From positions 1-26,292 of the forward strand of contig JASLXV010000103.1 in assembly GCA_030740155.1 (NCBI GenBank): 26,292 nt of DNA. The letters run 5' to 3'. Shown in pieces: positions 1 through 8,897 of the stretch (position 1 is its first letter; the number at the start of each line of letters is the position of its first letter). The DNA is from Dehalococcoidia bacterium (GTDB lineage: Bacteria > Chloroflexota > Dehalococcoidia > Lucifugimonadales > UBA3495). The notes below the pieces were generated by a model. The model searched no databases. It had not been told where the DNA came from and saw only the letters and a list, made by a program, of their open reading frames with translations. The translations under genes and the position numbers were made by a program.

Positions 1-31
1 CATTGGCCTTAATGTTTTCTGACTGGGACAC
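1..31 (-). CDS. 5' end of a gene running off the left edge (MSQSENIKAN...), product unknown
   Basis: Minus strand reads AAAGGAG, 5 nt, GTG at 31, open to the window edge. Only 10 codons visible. Confidence 0.4.
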   Translation of the reverse strand, partial: MSQSENIKAN

Positions 32-277
32 ATTTGCTCCTTTCTGGAAGTAATGTACCTTCATTCCAGGAGCTCACGCCACTTCCACTTTCTCGGGTTT
101 TCTTACACCCCAATGTGTCCCATTATCGCTGACGGTCTACATGTGTGGCTACGGCGCAAGGTGTCCCCATTTAGGGACAGCACATCCTTGAGGCGCGGCA
201 CCGGAATTCCAGCCATCCTGGTTCTGTCTCCGGTGTCCCGATTGGTTTCGGTAAGGGAGTTGGTTCAGTCGTGATAA

Positions 278-306
278 TTGACACCCGGCGCAGCTCCTAG
301 TAGGCT
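278..306 (+). promoter_or_regulatory. Sigma70-type promoter for the first methyltransferase
   Basis: TTGACA (278-283), 17 nt spacer, TAGGCT (301-306); GGAGG RBS at 334-338. Confidence 0.6.
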
Positions 307-344
307 CCATGCGCTATTATGCTGTTTAGAAATGGAGGTGTGTC

Positions 345-992
345 TTGACCCTGCCTGGCCGTGAAGACAGAGTGCAATGGGTCCTTTCCTCTGGGACCAA
401 AGAGGAGGTGGCTGAAAAATACGACACCTGGGCTACAGAATATGATGCCGATTTACAATCCTACGGCTATCGTTCCCCCGCGATAGTCGCCGGAATCGTG
501 GGCCGCTATGTACCGAGCGACATCTCGCCGATTTTGGACGCTGGCGCTGGCACGGGCATCATGGGTGAAGTGCTCAATACCTTGAGGTACAATGGCATCA
601 CCGCGTTGGACCTTTCCGAGGGAATGCTGGAGGTCGCCGCCAGCAAGGGAGTGTATGCGGACACTCGCCAAATGGCGCTCGGAGAGGTCTTGGATTTTCC
701 AACGGACTACTTCGCGGCAGTCGTGTGCATTGGGACGTTCGCCGCCGGGCACGCACCACCAAGTGCATTTGACGAACTCGTTCGCATAACGCGCCCAGGT
801 GGACACATCATCTTCACGGTACGGAACGACATGTACCAGCAAGGTGGCTTCAAGGAGAAACAACAGGAACTCCTTCAAGCAAACGCATGGCAACTGGTGG
901 AAGTGGTCGGTCCTTACGTCTCCGTACCCGGAAGCGATGACCCGGAAGGGACCAATCAGGTGTTCGCCTACCGGGTTCTAAGTCAAAGTTGA
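345..992 (+). CDS. Class I SAM-dependent methyltransferase
   Basis: Motif I ILDAGAGTG, LDLSEGML, ELVRITRPGG; N-terminal YDTWATEYD; TTG start with GGAGG RBS. Confidence 0.9.
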   Translation: MTLPGREDRVQWVLSSGTKEEVAEKYDTWATEYDADLQSYGYRSPAIVAGIVGRYVPSDISPILDAGAGTGIMGEVLNTLRYNGITALDLSEGMLEVAASKGVYADTRQMALGEVLDFPTDYFAAVVCIGTFAAGHAPPSAFDELVRITRPGGHIIFTVRNDMYQQGGFKEKQQELLQANAWQLVEVVGPYVSVPGSDDPEGTNQVFAYRVLSQS

Positions 993-1241
993 CCCAGTAC
1001 CTGGGTTCCCGCACCGTTGGGCGCGGCCTTCAATCTCTGACAGCCTGCAACCATGTCTCACGCCCAGCGTCGCCCCATGGGCACTATATTTGGTATCAGG
1101 CAATAGAACCCACCTGCTGATATTGAGCCTCTTCAGAACAGATCAGCCCCATTATCGGCTCATGGAATGAGATAAGGGCGGATACCCGACGCCTCTGCAT
1201 TATCCATCGACTCCATCCACAATCATTTACCTTCCAGAAAT

Positions 1242-1270
1242 TTGACGGTACTCCGCTACGCTGCTAGACT
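1242..1270 (+). promoter_or_regulatory. Sigma70-type promoter with extended -10, about 360 nt upstream of panD
   Basis: TTGACG (1242-1247), 17 nt spacer, TAGACT (1265-1270) preceded by TGC. Confidence 0.6.
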
Positions 1271-1635
1271 CCCGCGGTGTTCATTGACAGACCATGCTTC
1301 CGGACCCAAGAACGTCCGCGGAGTTGGTGGTCACGATATCTACTTATCTCAGGTGAGAACATGATATTGAGATCCAGGAGCAATCTACAGGAAGAGCCGA
1401 AGGCTGCGACGGTCCATAACCTTTTGCGCCGCTGCTGCCGTCCTCTTTCCAACCTCTTCCCCGGGTACACCAATCGTACCCCCTGCGCCCTTCCCTCCAA
1501 CCCATAGCGCCACCCACAACCTCCACACCCACGCAACCTAACCCCCTTGCTATTCCGGACCTTGATGTCCATAGGGCTAGTGGTGCCTTTTTTTGCTTTG
1601 CAGGCACCCAATACGTTTACCAATGGAGAGTAATT

Positions 1636-2007
1636 ATGAGAGATGTGTTGAGATCCAAGATTCATCGCGCCCACGTGACCGATGCCAATCCCGACTATGT
1701 GGGCAGTATTCTTATCGACGAACAGCTGATGGATATGGTCGGTCTGTGGAACTTCGAAAAGGTTCTGGTATGCGACATCACCAATGCCAACCGGTTTGAG
1801 ACCTATGCCATTGCCGGTGAGAGAGGTTCCGGCGTCATCGCGGTCCAGGGCGCAGCAGCCCACCTGAGCAAGAAGGGTAACTGCGTAATCATCATGGCAT
1901 TCGAGGCGACCGACACGCCCATTGATCCCAAGATGATCTTAGTCGACGAAAACAACCGGTTCGTTGAGTACCTGGAGGCAGCCAAGCAGCCTCAGAAGGT
2001 CCACTGA
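1636..2007 (+). CDS. panD: Aspartate 1-decarboxylase family (pyruvoyl-dependent)
   Basis: SKIHRA N-terminus, YVG/SI self-cleavage site (Gly23-Ser24), RFETY, GAAAH; GGAG RBS. Confidence 0.92.
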   Translation: MRDVLRSKIHRAHVTDANPDYVGSILIDEQLMDMVGLWNFEKVLVCDITNANRFETYAIAGERGSGVIAVQGAAAHLSKKGNCVIIMAFEATDTPIDPKMILVDENNRFVEYLEAAKQPQKVH

Positions 2008-2148
2008 CCGTCCAAATACCTTGCGGGCCAAATCAATCGAGGGGTCGAAGTCACTAGGCACACCGTTGGCGGCAGGGTCGATTGCACGACGAATATAGCT
2101 AACGGGCCACGCGCCGACAGTTTTTGGCATATTTGGAGGATAGCTAAC

Positions 2149-2967
2149 ATGACCATCAAGTTCACTGAGAAGGAAACCGAAACCTACTACGACAACGAAG
2201 ACGCAATATACCGAGCGTTCTGGGACCGGGAAGGTAGCGTTCACTGGGGGGTATTCGACCAAAGCACGGGCAGAGACTTCTTGAAGGCCTGTGCCAACCT
2301 GAACAAAGTTATGGTCCGGCGGGGAAAGATCAATCGGGACGCGAAAGTTCTTGACCTGGGCTGCGGCAACGGCACCACCGCCATCTGGCTGTCTGAATCA
2401 GAAGGCTGCCGCGTGACCGGCGTGGACCTGAGCAGCGTTCGCATCGGCAACGCCAATAATGCCCGCTCGAACCGGTCCCCCGAGCTTCAAAGCCGCCTGG
2501 TTTTCGAGAAAGCCTCAGCCACTGAACTCCCTTTCCCGGACGGTACTTTTACCCACGTGTGGAGCCAGGCGGTGATCTATCACGTTCATGACAAGGACGC
2601 CGCCCTCCGCGAGGCTTACCGGGTGTTGAAAGACGGTGGGATCATGGTTTTCGATGACATGATCAAACCCAAGAGTGACATCTCTCCGGATGCCCAAAAA
2701 TATGTATACGACCGGTTGTTGTTCGACACAGATTTCAGCTTTGAGTCGTACCAGGTGTCCCTCAAGGCCCAAGGTTTCAAGATATTGGAAGCCCATGATT
2801 TCTCGGAGCATTTGAAGACCAGCTATCTGTGTCTGTCCGAACGCACGCCCGTGGGTGAGGGTGAACACTATCAGCATTTCCGGGATTTGAGCGCTGCTTA
2901 CGTTCAGACGGCCAAAGCCGTGGACAACAATGAATTGGGCTGGGGCTTCTTCGTCTGCCAGAAGTGA
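2149..2967 (+). CDS. SAM-dependent methyltransferase, resembling sarcosine/dimethylglycine N-MT and tocopherol/sterol MT types
   Basis: YYD...FW...SVHWG N-terminal segment, VLDLGCGNG, GVDLS, LPFPDGTF, YRVLKDGG; GGAGG RBS. Confidence 0.88.
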   Translation: MTIKFTEKETETYYDNEDAIYRAFWDREGSVHWGVFDQSTGRDFLKACANLNKVMVRRGKINRDAKVLDLGCGNGTTAIWLSESEGCRVTGVDLSSVRIGNANNARSNRSPELQSRLVFEKASATELPFPDGTFTHVWSQAVIYHVHDKDAALREAYRVLKDGGIMVFDDMIKPKSDISPDAQKYVYDRLLFDTDFSFESYQVSLKAQGFKILEAHDFSEHLKTSYLCLSERTPVGEGEHYQHFRDLSAAYVQTAKAVDNNELGWGFFVCQK

Positions 2968-3055
2968 ACTCCCACGGCGTTGAATACGGCAATCAAGTCA
3001 CCACGGCCTGAAGCGCCGGATAGGCCTAGAGGCGTATAAGCAGGAACGGTTTAGA

Positions 3056-3688
3056 ATGCAGGAAAGCGAAAACAGGGTCCAATGGGTGTACGCAGCCACC
3101 AACAACCAGGAACTGCAGGAGCGCTACGACCAGTGGGCCACAGAGTATGATAGAGACCTGGAAGAGGACTTCGCCTGGAATGCGCCCCTGGCTGCGGCCC
3201 GAGTGTTTTCCAAGTTGGTTCCCAGCGACGCCAAGGTCTTGGACGCCGGCGCCGGGACCGGGCTGGCGGGCGTGGCCCTTTCCCATCTAGGGTATCGCAA
3301 CCTGGTGGCCATGGACCTGTCTTCGGGCATGCTAGAGGAGGCCCGCCGGAAGCAAGTCTACACCGAGTTCCAACAGATGGTGCTGGGTGAACGGCTGGGG
3401 TTCGAAAGCGATCACTTCGACGGAGTTATCTGCGTCGGAGTGTTCACCCTGGGCCATGCCCCTGCCAGCGCCTTTGACGAATTGGTGCGTATCACCAAGC
3501 CAGGTGGGTTCGTGGTGTTTTCCCTCAGGACCGACATCTACGCGGAGGGCGGGTTCAAAGAGAAGCAGGAAGAGCTGGAGTCGGCGGGCAGGTGGTCTCT
3601 ACGAGAGGCAACGGAGCCATTCCAGCCTCTGCCCAAAGGAGAGCCCGAAGTGTACCACCAGATCTGGGCTTACGAGGTGTTCCCGTAG
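3056..3688 (+). CDS. Class I SAM-dependent methyltransferase, paralog of 345..992
   Basis: VLDAGAGTG, MDLSSGML, GHAPASAFDELVRITKPGG; collinear with 345..992. Confidence 0.9.
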   Translation: MQESENRVQWVYAATNNQELQERYDQWATEYDRDLEEDFAWNAPLAAARVFSKLVPSDAKVLDAGAGTGLAGVALSHLGYRNLVAMDLSSGMLEEARRKQVYTEFQQMVLGERLGFESDHFDGVICVGVFTLGHAPASAFDELVRITKPGGFVVFSLRTDIYAEGGFKEKQEELESAGRWSLREATEPFQPLPKGEPEVYHQIWAYEVFP

Positions 3689-4146
3689 GTAGGCCGTCAG
3701 CGATGAGGGGAAAACTTTCAGGGTAAGACAACCCGAGAGAGGCGGGTGGCGGGAACTATCGAAGTTAGGCTTTAGCGGAATCGGAGAAGAGCAGACGCGG
3801 GCCCGGCCGCGCCCCAACTGAGGGCCACCAGGAGCGCCCATCCGTGTTCACGGGCGAGTTCGACTCTGCTCCGTCTCCCCGTCTGATTGGTTCGTTTGAT
3901 ACTCGGCCGCCGTCGTCACTTGATTGAGGAAAGCCATGTTTCGACCGACAGTACGCGAATGCCCGATGATAGAATTGATGTAGGTGGCGATTGCTCAACC
4001 CAGGGTGAACGGATGATCGTAACGTCGATACTCGATGCTGGGTACCAGGTCAGAGCGGCCGCCTTCGAATTGGTTGGGATTTTCAAGATTCAGATTCGGC
4101 CCGGAAGGGCATCAACCGGCGCAAGTAAAGGAGCTACATAGGTCTT

Positions 4147-5337
4147 ATGGCGGAAAACAAGATCATCCTGGCCTACAGCGGGGGGTTGGATACCTCGGTG
4201 GCAGTCCCCTGGCTAAAGGAAAAGTACGACGCGGATATCATCACCTTGACCATCGACCTGGGCATGGTGGACCTGGAGGCGATACGTCAGCGGGCCCTGA
4301 CCGTCGGGGCGGCCAAAGCGCTGACGGTGGACGGCAAAGAGACCCTGGTGAACGAGTTCCTGTTTCCCGCCCTCCAGGCCGGCGCCATCTACGAAGGCCA
4401 GTACCCTCTGGCGACCGCCCTGGGACGGCCTCTCATCGCCCGGTATCTGGTCGAGGCTGCCCAGGCCGAGGACGCTTACGCCGTGGCCCACGGCTGTACC
4501 GGCAAGGGGAACGACCAGGTGCGGCTGGATGTCGGCGTGGGCGCCCTGGCCCCGGAGCTGAAGGTCATAGCGCCTACCCGGGACTGGAGCATGAGCCGCG
4601 AGGATGAGTTGGAGTACGCCCGAGCCCGGAGTCTCCCCGTCAGCCCCGGCAACAGCAAGTTTTCCGTGGATGAAAACCTGTGGGGCCGCAGCGCCGAGGC
4701 CGGAGAGCTGGAAGACCCCTGGGCGGAGCCGCCCGAAGAGGCCTACGCCTGGACGAGCGCGGTGGCCTCCGCTCCCGACCAGGCGGCCTACCTGGTGGTC
4801 CACTTCGAGCACGGGATTCCCACCGCCATCGATGGCGAGAACATGGCCGGAGTCGACCTCATCCGCCACCTGAACACGGTGGCCGGCAACCACGGGGTGG
4901 GCCGCATCGACGCGGTCGAGAACCGGCTGGTGGGGATCAAGTCGCGGGAGATATACGAGGCGCCGGCGGCGACGGTGCTGCATGCCGCCCACCGGGCCCT
5001 GGAAGCCATGACTTTGAGCAAGGAGCAGGCCCGGACCAAGGACCGCATCGCCCAGGAGTACGCCGACGTGGTGTACAATGGCCTGTGGTTCACCCACCAT
5101 CGCCAAGACCTGGATGCCTACGTCCGCAGCACCCAGCGCGAGGTGACCGGCGACGTCCGGCTGCGGCTGCACAAAGGCACCTGCACCGTGGCGGGGCGCA
5201 GTGCCCCCCGCTCTCTCTACCAGTACCGTTTGGCTACCTACGACCGGGAGGATCAGTACGACCACCAGGCCGCGGAAGGGTTCATTTCGATCTACGGGTT
5301 GCCGTCACGGACCCAGAGCCAGGCCCAGCCCGACTAG
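4147..5337 (+). CDS. argG: Argininosuccinate synthase
   Basis: LAYSGGLDTS, AHGCTGKGNDQVR, SVDENLWGRS, ENRLVGIKSREIYEAP. Confidence 0.98.
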   Translation: MAENKIILAYSGGLDTSVAVPWLKEKYDADIITLTIDLGMVDLEAIRQRALTVGAAKALTVDGKETLVNEFLFPALQAGAIYEGQYPLATALGRPLIARYLVEAAQAEDAYAVAHGCTGKGNDQVRLDVGVGALAPELKVIAPTRDWSMSREDELEYARARSLPVSPGNSKFSVDENLWGRSAEAGELEDPWAEPPEEAYAWTSAVASAPDQAAYLVVHFEHGIPTAIDGENMAGVDLIRHLNTVAGNHGVGRIDAVENRLVGIKSREIYEAPAATVLHAAHRALEAMTLSKEQARTKDRIAQEYADVVYNGLWFTHHRQDLDAYVRSTQREVTGDVRLRLHKGTCTVAGRSAPRSLYQYRLATYDREDQYDHQAAEGFISIYGLPSRTQSQAQPD

Positions 5338-5349
5338 GGGCGGGACCAC

Positions 5350-5802
5350 GTGTGGTGGGTGAGAGACTCCGGGACTGAGGACCTGTCGGCCATTGAAGAT
5401 CTGGTGGCCCTGGTCGATGGCGACGGGGAAGATTTACAGGCAAGCCAGTTCGTTGTCGCAGAGGATGAAGGCGGCGGCATCCTGGGATGCGCCCGCTTGA
5501 GGCCTTACCAAGGCTTCCTCGAGTTGGCCAGCGTGGCCGTCCGTGATGGGCTTCGGACCAGGGGCGTGGGCCGGGAGATGGTGATCAGGCCGCTGGGGCG
5601 GTATCACGGCCCCCTCTACCTGGTTTGCGAGGACCGGGAGGTGGGGTTTTTTCGCCGGTTCGGCTTCGGATTGATTGAGCCCCAGGAAGTGCCGCCCAGC
5701 CTGGCGCCCAAGTGGCGGCGCTACACGGCCCGGGTTGGCCGGATCAACGTCATGCGCCGCAACGCTTCAGAAAGACCGAACGCCGGGGCCCCGGCGTCTT
5801 GA
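5350..5802 (+). CDS. GNAT N-acetyltransferase (short ArgA-like amino-acid acetyltransferase type)
   Basis: ILGCARL, ELASVAV, RTRGVG acetyl-CoA motif, FFRRFGF; 12 nt after argG. Confidence 0.75.
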   Translation: MWWVRDSGTEDLSAIEDLVALVDGDGEDLQASQFVVAEDEGGGILGCARLRPYQGFLELASVAVRDGLRTRGVGREMVIRPLGRYHGPLYLVCEDREVGFFRRFGFGLIEPQEVPPSLAPKWRRYTARVGRINVMRRNASERPNAGAPAS

Positions 5803-5962
5803 GCCGGTCTCCATCGCGGGTCGCGCCGGCGCCGTGGTTCCGTCCTGTAAAGGCCCACCCTCTTCATCCATCAACCGGGAGAGAGGGTGATTCGCAAGAC
5901 ATTTCCCGAAGTGTGGCATTTCGGAAGCAACGACATTCTTTGAGCGGTGACATGGAGGAAGT

Positions 5963-7132
5963 ATGAAGCTCACCAGCAAGATTTTGAACCTGGGCACCGA
6001 GGCCGCCTTCGAGGTGCTGGCCAAGGCGCGGGCGCTGGAGGCCCAGGGCAAAGATATCATCCACCTGGAGATCGGTGAGCCCGACTTCGATACGCCCAGC
6101 CATATCGTCGAGGCGGGAGTCAAAGCCCTCAGAGACGGCTACACCCACTACGGCCCCACGGCCGGGCTGATGGAAATGCGCGAGGCCATCGCCCGCAACA
6201 GCCGGGAAGTCCGGGGCATCGACACGGTCCCGGCCCAGGTGGTGGTCACGCCGGGGGCCAAGCCCGTCATGTTCTACGCCATCTTGGCCCTGGCTGAACC
6301 GGGAGTGGAGGTGATCTACCCCAACCCCGGCTTTCCCATATACGAGTCCTTGATCCGGTTTGCCGGCGCCACCCCGGTGCCGATGCGCCTGCTCGAAGAG
6401 AAGAGCTATCACCCCGATCTGGACGACCTCGCATCCTTGATCACCGACCGCACCCGGCTCATCATCATCAACTCCCCGGAGAACCCCTGCGGCTCCATTC
6501 TGACCCTGCCGGAACTGGAAACCATCGCCGATCTGGTCAGACAGCATGACGACCTTTACATACTTACCGACGAGGTCTACAAGGATATTTTGTACACCGG
6601 CGAGCACCACAGCATTGCGGCCCTTCCGGGCATGGCGGAGCGTACCATAATCCTTGACGGGTTTTCCAAGAGCTATGCCATGACCGGCTGGCGCCTGGGC
6701 TACGGAATCATGCCTGAAGAGATAGTCCCGAACGTGACCAGGCTGGCGGTCAACAACATCTCCTGTCCCGCCACCTTCACTCAGATCGCGGGCATCGCCG
6801 CCCTGGACGGCCCTCAAGACGCGGTGCAGGCCATGGCCGCCGAGTTTGCCGGGCGCCGCCGGCTCATCACCGACGGGTTGCGCAGCATCCCGGGCATCCG
6901 GTGCCCCGAGCCCGAAGGAGCTTTCTACGCTTTCCCCAACATCTCGGAAACGGGCCTCACCAGCCGCCAGTTCGAGGATAGGGTGATGCAGGAGGCCGGG
7001 GTCGCCTTGCTGTCGGGGAGCGGCTTCGGCGAGTTCGGTGAGGGGTACGTCCGTATCTCCTATGCCAACTCCCGGGAAAACATCCAGAAGGCGCTGGACC
7101 GGCTGGACACCTTCGTGCGCGGCTTGGTGTAG
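5963..7132 (+). CDS. PLP-dependent aminotransferase class I/II (aspartate aminotransferase type)
   Basis: IGEPDF, NSPENPCG, DEVY, GFSKSYAMTGWRLG (PLP lysine); GGAGG RBS. Confidence 0.95.
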   Translation: MKLTSKILNLGTEAAFEVLAKARALEAQGKDIIHLEIGEPDFDTPSHIVEAGVKALRDGYTHYGPTAGLMEMREAIARNSREVRGIDTVPAQVVVTPGAKPVMFYAILALAEPGVEVIYPNPGFPIYESLIRFAGATPVPMRLLEEKSYHPDLDDLASLITDRTRLIIINSPENPCGSILTLPELETIADLVRQHDDLYILTDEVYKDILYTGEHHSIAALPGMAERTIILDGFSKSYAMTGWRLGYGIMPEEIVPNVTRLAVNNISCPATFTQIAGIAALDGPQDAVQAMAAEFAGRRRLITDGLRSIPGIRCPEPEGAFYAFPNISETGLTSRQFEDRVMQEAGVALLSGSGFGEFGEGYVRISYANSRENIQKALDRLDTFVRGLV

Positions 7133-7206
7133 GGGCTTCGGTCCCGGGTGGCTCAATGTAGGGCATGGTTCCCGTACCGGGTTACTGTCTCGTAAATGGC
7201 TTGATA

Positions 7207-7284
7207 CCCCATCGTCATCCCTGCGAAGGCCGGGATCCAGTCTTGCCTCCCTGGATTCCGGCCTTCGCCGGAAAGACGATGGGG
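7207..7284. repeat. REP-like imperfect palindrome
   Basis: CCCCATCGTC..GCGAAGGCCGGGATCCAG pairs with CTGGATTCCGGCCTTCGC..GACGATGGGG around a 10-nt loop. Confidence 0.75.
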
Positions 7285-7538
7285 GGTGGACCCCTTGGCT
7301 GATGCGGGGCATCAACCGAGGGGACTGGACATCGGGACAACAACCGCCAAGAATGTCGGGATCGGCCCGCTCTGCGCCCATCCGATTCCCCGCCTCCGTG
7401 GAAGTTCAAGCTCAGAACTCGGCGAGAAATCGGGAGCGGCCTCTTTATCGATTCACCGGTTAGTCACTCGCCTGGGATTGGCGCAACCGGGGGGCTTCGA
7501 TATCCGGCCCGGCGCTGGCGGCGAGTATCCATTCAACC

Positions 7539-7567
7539 TTGAGCCGGATTGCGCTTTACGCTATACT
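7539..7567 (+). promoter_or_regulatory. Sigma70-type promoter upstream of the acyl-CoA dehydrogenase
   Basis: TTGAGC (7539-7544), 17 nt spacer, TATACT (7562-7567). Confidence 0.5.
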
Positions 7568-7763
7568 AGCGTCGCTTTGACCGCCTGGGAGCGGTGATAG
7601 ATATCCTGAACGAACCACCACCGCCGGTCCCGTAGACCCGCGGCGGCAGAAACGGCCCGCTTTTTTCGGGCAACCGCGCTACAACCGGCAGCGGCAACCT
7701 GCTAACCAATGACTGCTCACCCAAGGCCAGGGCCTTGGCGAGCCGGCAACCGGAGGGAGAGTT

Positions 7764-8897
7764 ATGGACCTGGGGCTAAACGAAGTCCAGCAGATGCTGA
7801 AGGCCAGCGCCCAAGAGTTCCTGTCCCAGGAGTGCCCCCTGACGTTCGTGCGGACCATGGAGGAAGACCCTCGGGGCTATACCGATGGACTGTGGCGTCA
7901 GATCGTCAACCTGGGGTGGACCGGGCTGGCGTTTCCGGAGCGATACGGCGGGACCGAGGGCAGCTTCTTCGACCTTGCGGTACTGCTGGAAGAGATGGGC
8001 CGCGCCCTGTGCCCGGGCCCCTTCTTTTCCGCGGTGGTGCTGGGAGGCCTGGCCGTGCTGGACGCCGGAACCGACGCCCAGAAGCAGGACATCCTTCCGC
8101 GAATCTGCGCCGGGGACTTGACCATGACCCTTGCCTTGACCGAGCCCTCGGTTAGCTACGAGCCTTCGGGGGTTGAGACGGCCGCAGAGCGACAGGGAGA
8201 CAGCTATCTGATCAGCGGCACCAAGCTTTTCGTGCCTGATGCGCAAGCGGCCGACATCCTGCTGGTGGTGGCCCGCACCTCATCCGAATCGGACCCGGCC
8301 CAGGGACTGACCGTCTTTCTAGTACCCTCGGACAGCTCCGGAATCAGCATCACGACCCTCAACACCATCGCCTCGGACCGGCAATGCCAGGTGGTTCTGG
8401 ATCAGGTAAGCGTCCCCGCCGGTTCGACGCTGGGGCCGGTGGGCGAGGGTTGGCCGGTGGTGGCGCGGACCCTGCAACGGGCTACCGCGGGACGGTGCGT
8501 GGAAATGCTGGGCGGCGCCGGCGCCGTGCTGGACATGACAGTCGAATACGTGAAGCAGCGGACCCAGTTCGGACGTCCCATCGGCAGCTTCCAGGCGGTG
8601 CAACACCACTGCTCCAACATCGCGTTGGACGTGGAGGGATGCCGCAACATCTCCTATAAGGCCGCCTGGCGAGTCTCCGAGGGCGGCCCTTCGGATCGGG
8701 ACGTGTCGATGGCCAAGGCCTGGGTGAACGGTGCTTACGACCGGGTTTGCGCTACCGCGCACCAATGCCACGGCGCCATCGGTTTCACCAAAGAGCACGA
8801 CCTGCAGCTCTACACCCGGCGCGCCAAGGTCCAGGAGTTGACCTACGGGGATGCCAATTTCCACAAGGAGTTGGCGCTGCAATATTTGGACCAATAG
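7764..8897 (+). CDS. Acyl-CoA dehydrogenase family protein
   Basis: ALTEPS, ISGTKLFV, YVKQRTQFGRPIGSFQAVQH, HQCHGAIGFT. Confidence 0.95.
   Translation: MDLGLNEVQQMLKASAQEFLSQECPLTFVRTMEEDPRGYTDGLWRQIVNLGWTGLAFPERYGGTEGSFFDLAVLLEEMGRALCPGPFFSAVVLGGLAVLDAGTDAQKQDILPRICAGDLTMTLALTEPSVSYEPSGVETAAERQGDSYLISGTKLFVPDAQAADILLVVARTSSESDPAQGLTVFLVPSDSSGISITTLNTIASDRQCQVVLDQVSVPAGSTLGPVGEGWPVVARTLQRATAGRCVEMLGGAGAVLDMTVEYVKQRTQFGRPIGSFQAVQHHCSNIALDVEGCRNISYKAAWRVSEGGPSDRDVSMAKAWVNGAYDRVCATAHQCHGAIGFTKEHDLQLYTRRAKVQELTYGDANFHKELALQYLDQ

Noticed and set aside
1277..1507. Short ORF in the panD leader as a leader peptide
   Set aside because: Weak RBS, no run of regulatory codons and no family resemblance; cannot be supported.
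1636..2967. Decarboxylase plus methyltransferase as a known DMSP synthesis locus
   Set aside because: I cannot assign the methyltransferase to DsyB, MmtN or DsyG by eye, and the decarboxylases I know from those routes are not PanD-family.
4098..4110. GGCCCGGAAGGGC resembling the SRP RNA domain IV tetraloop
   Set aside because: Lacks the flanking CAGG and AGCAG of the conserved internal loop.
4213..7381. Long minus-strand ORFs 4213..5265 and 5864..7381
   Set aside because: Antisense shadows of argG and the aminotransferase, expected in GC-rich coding DNA; no recognisable motifs.
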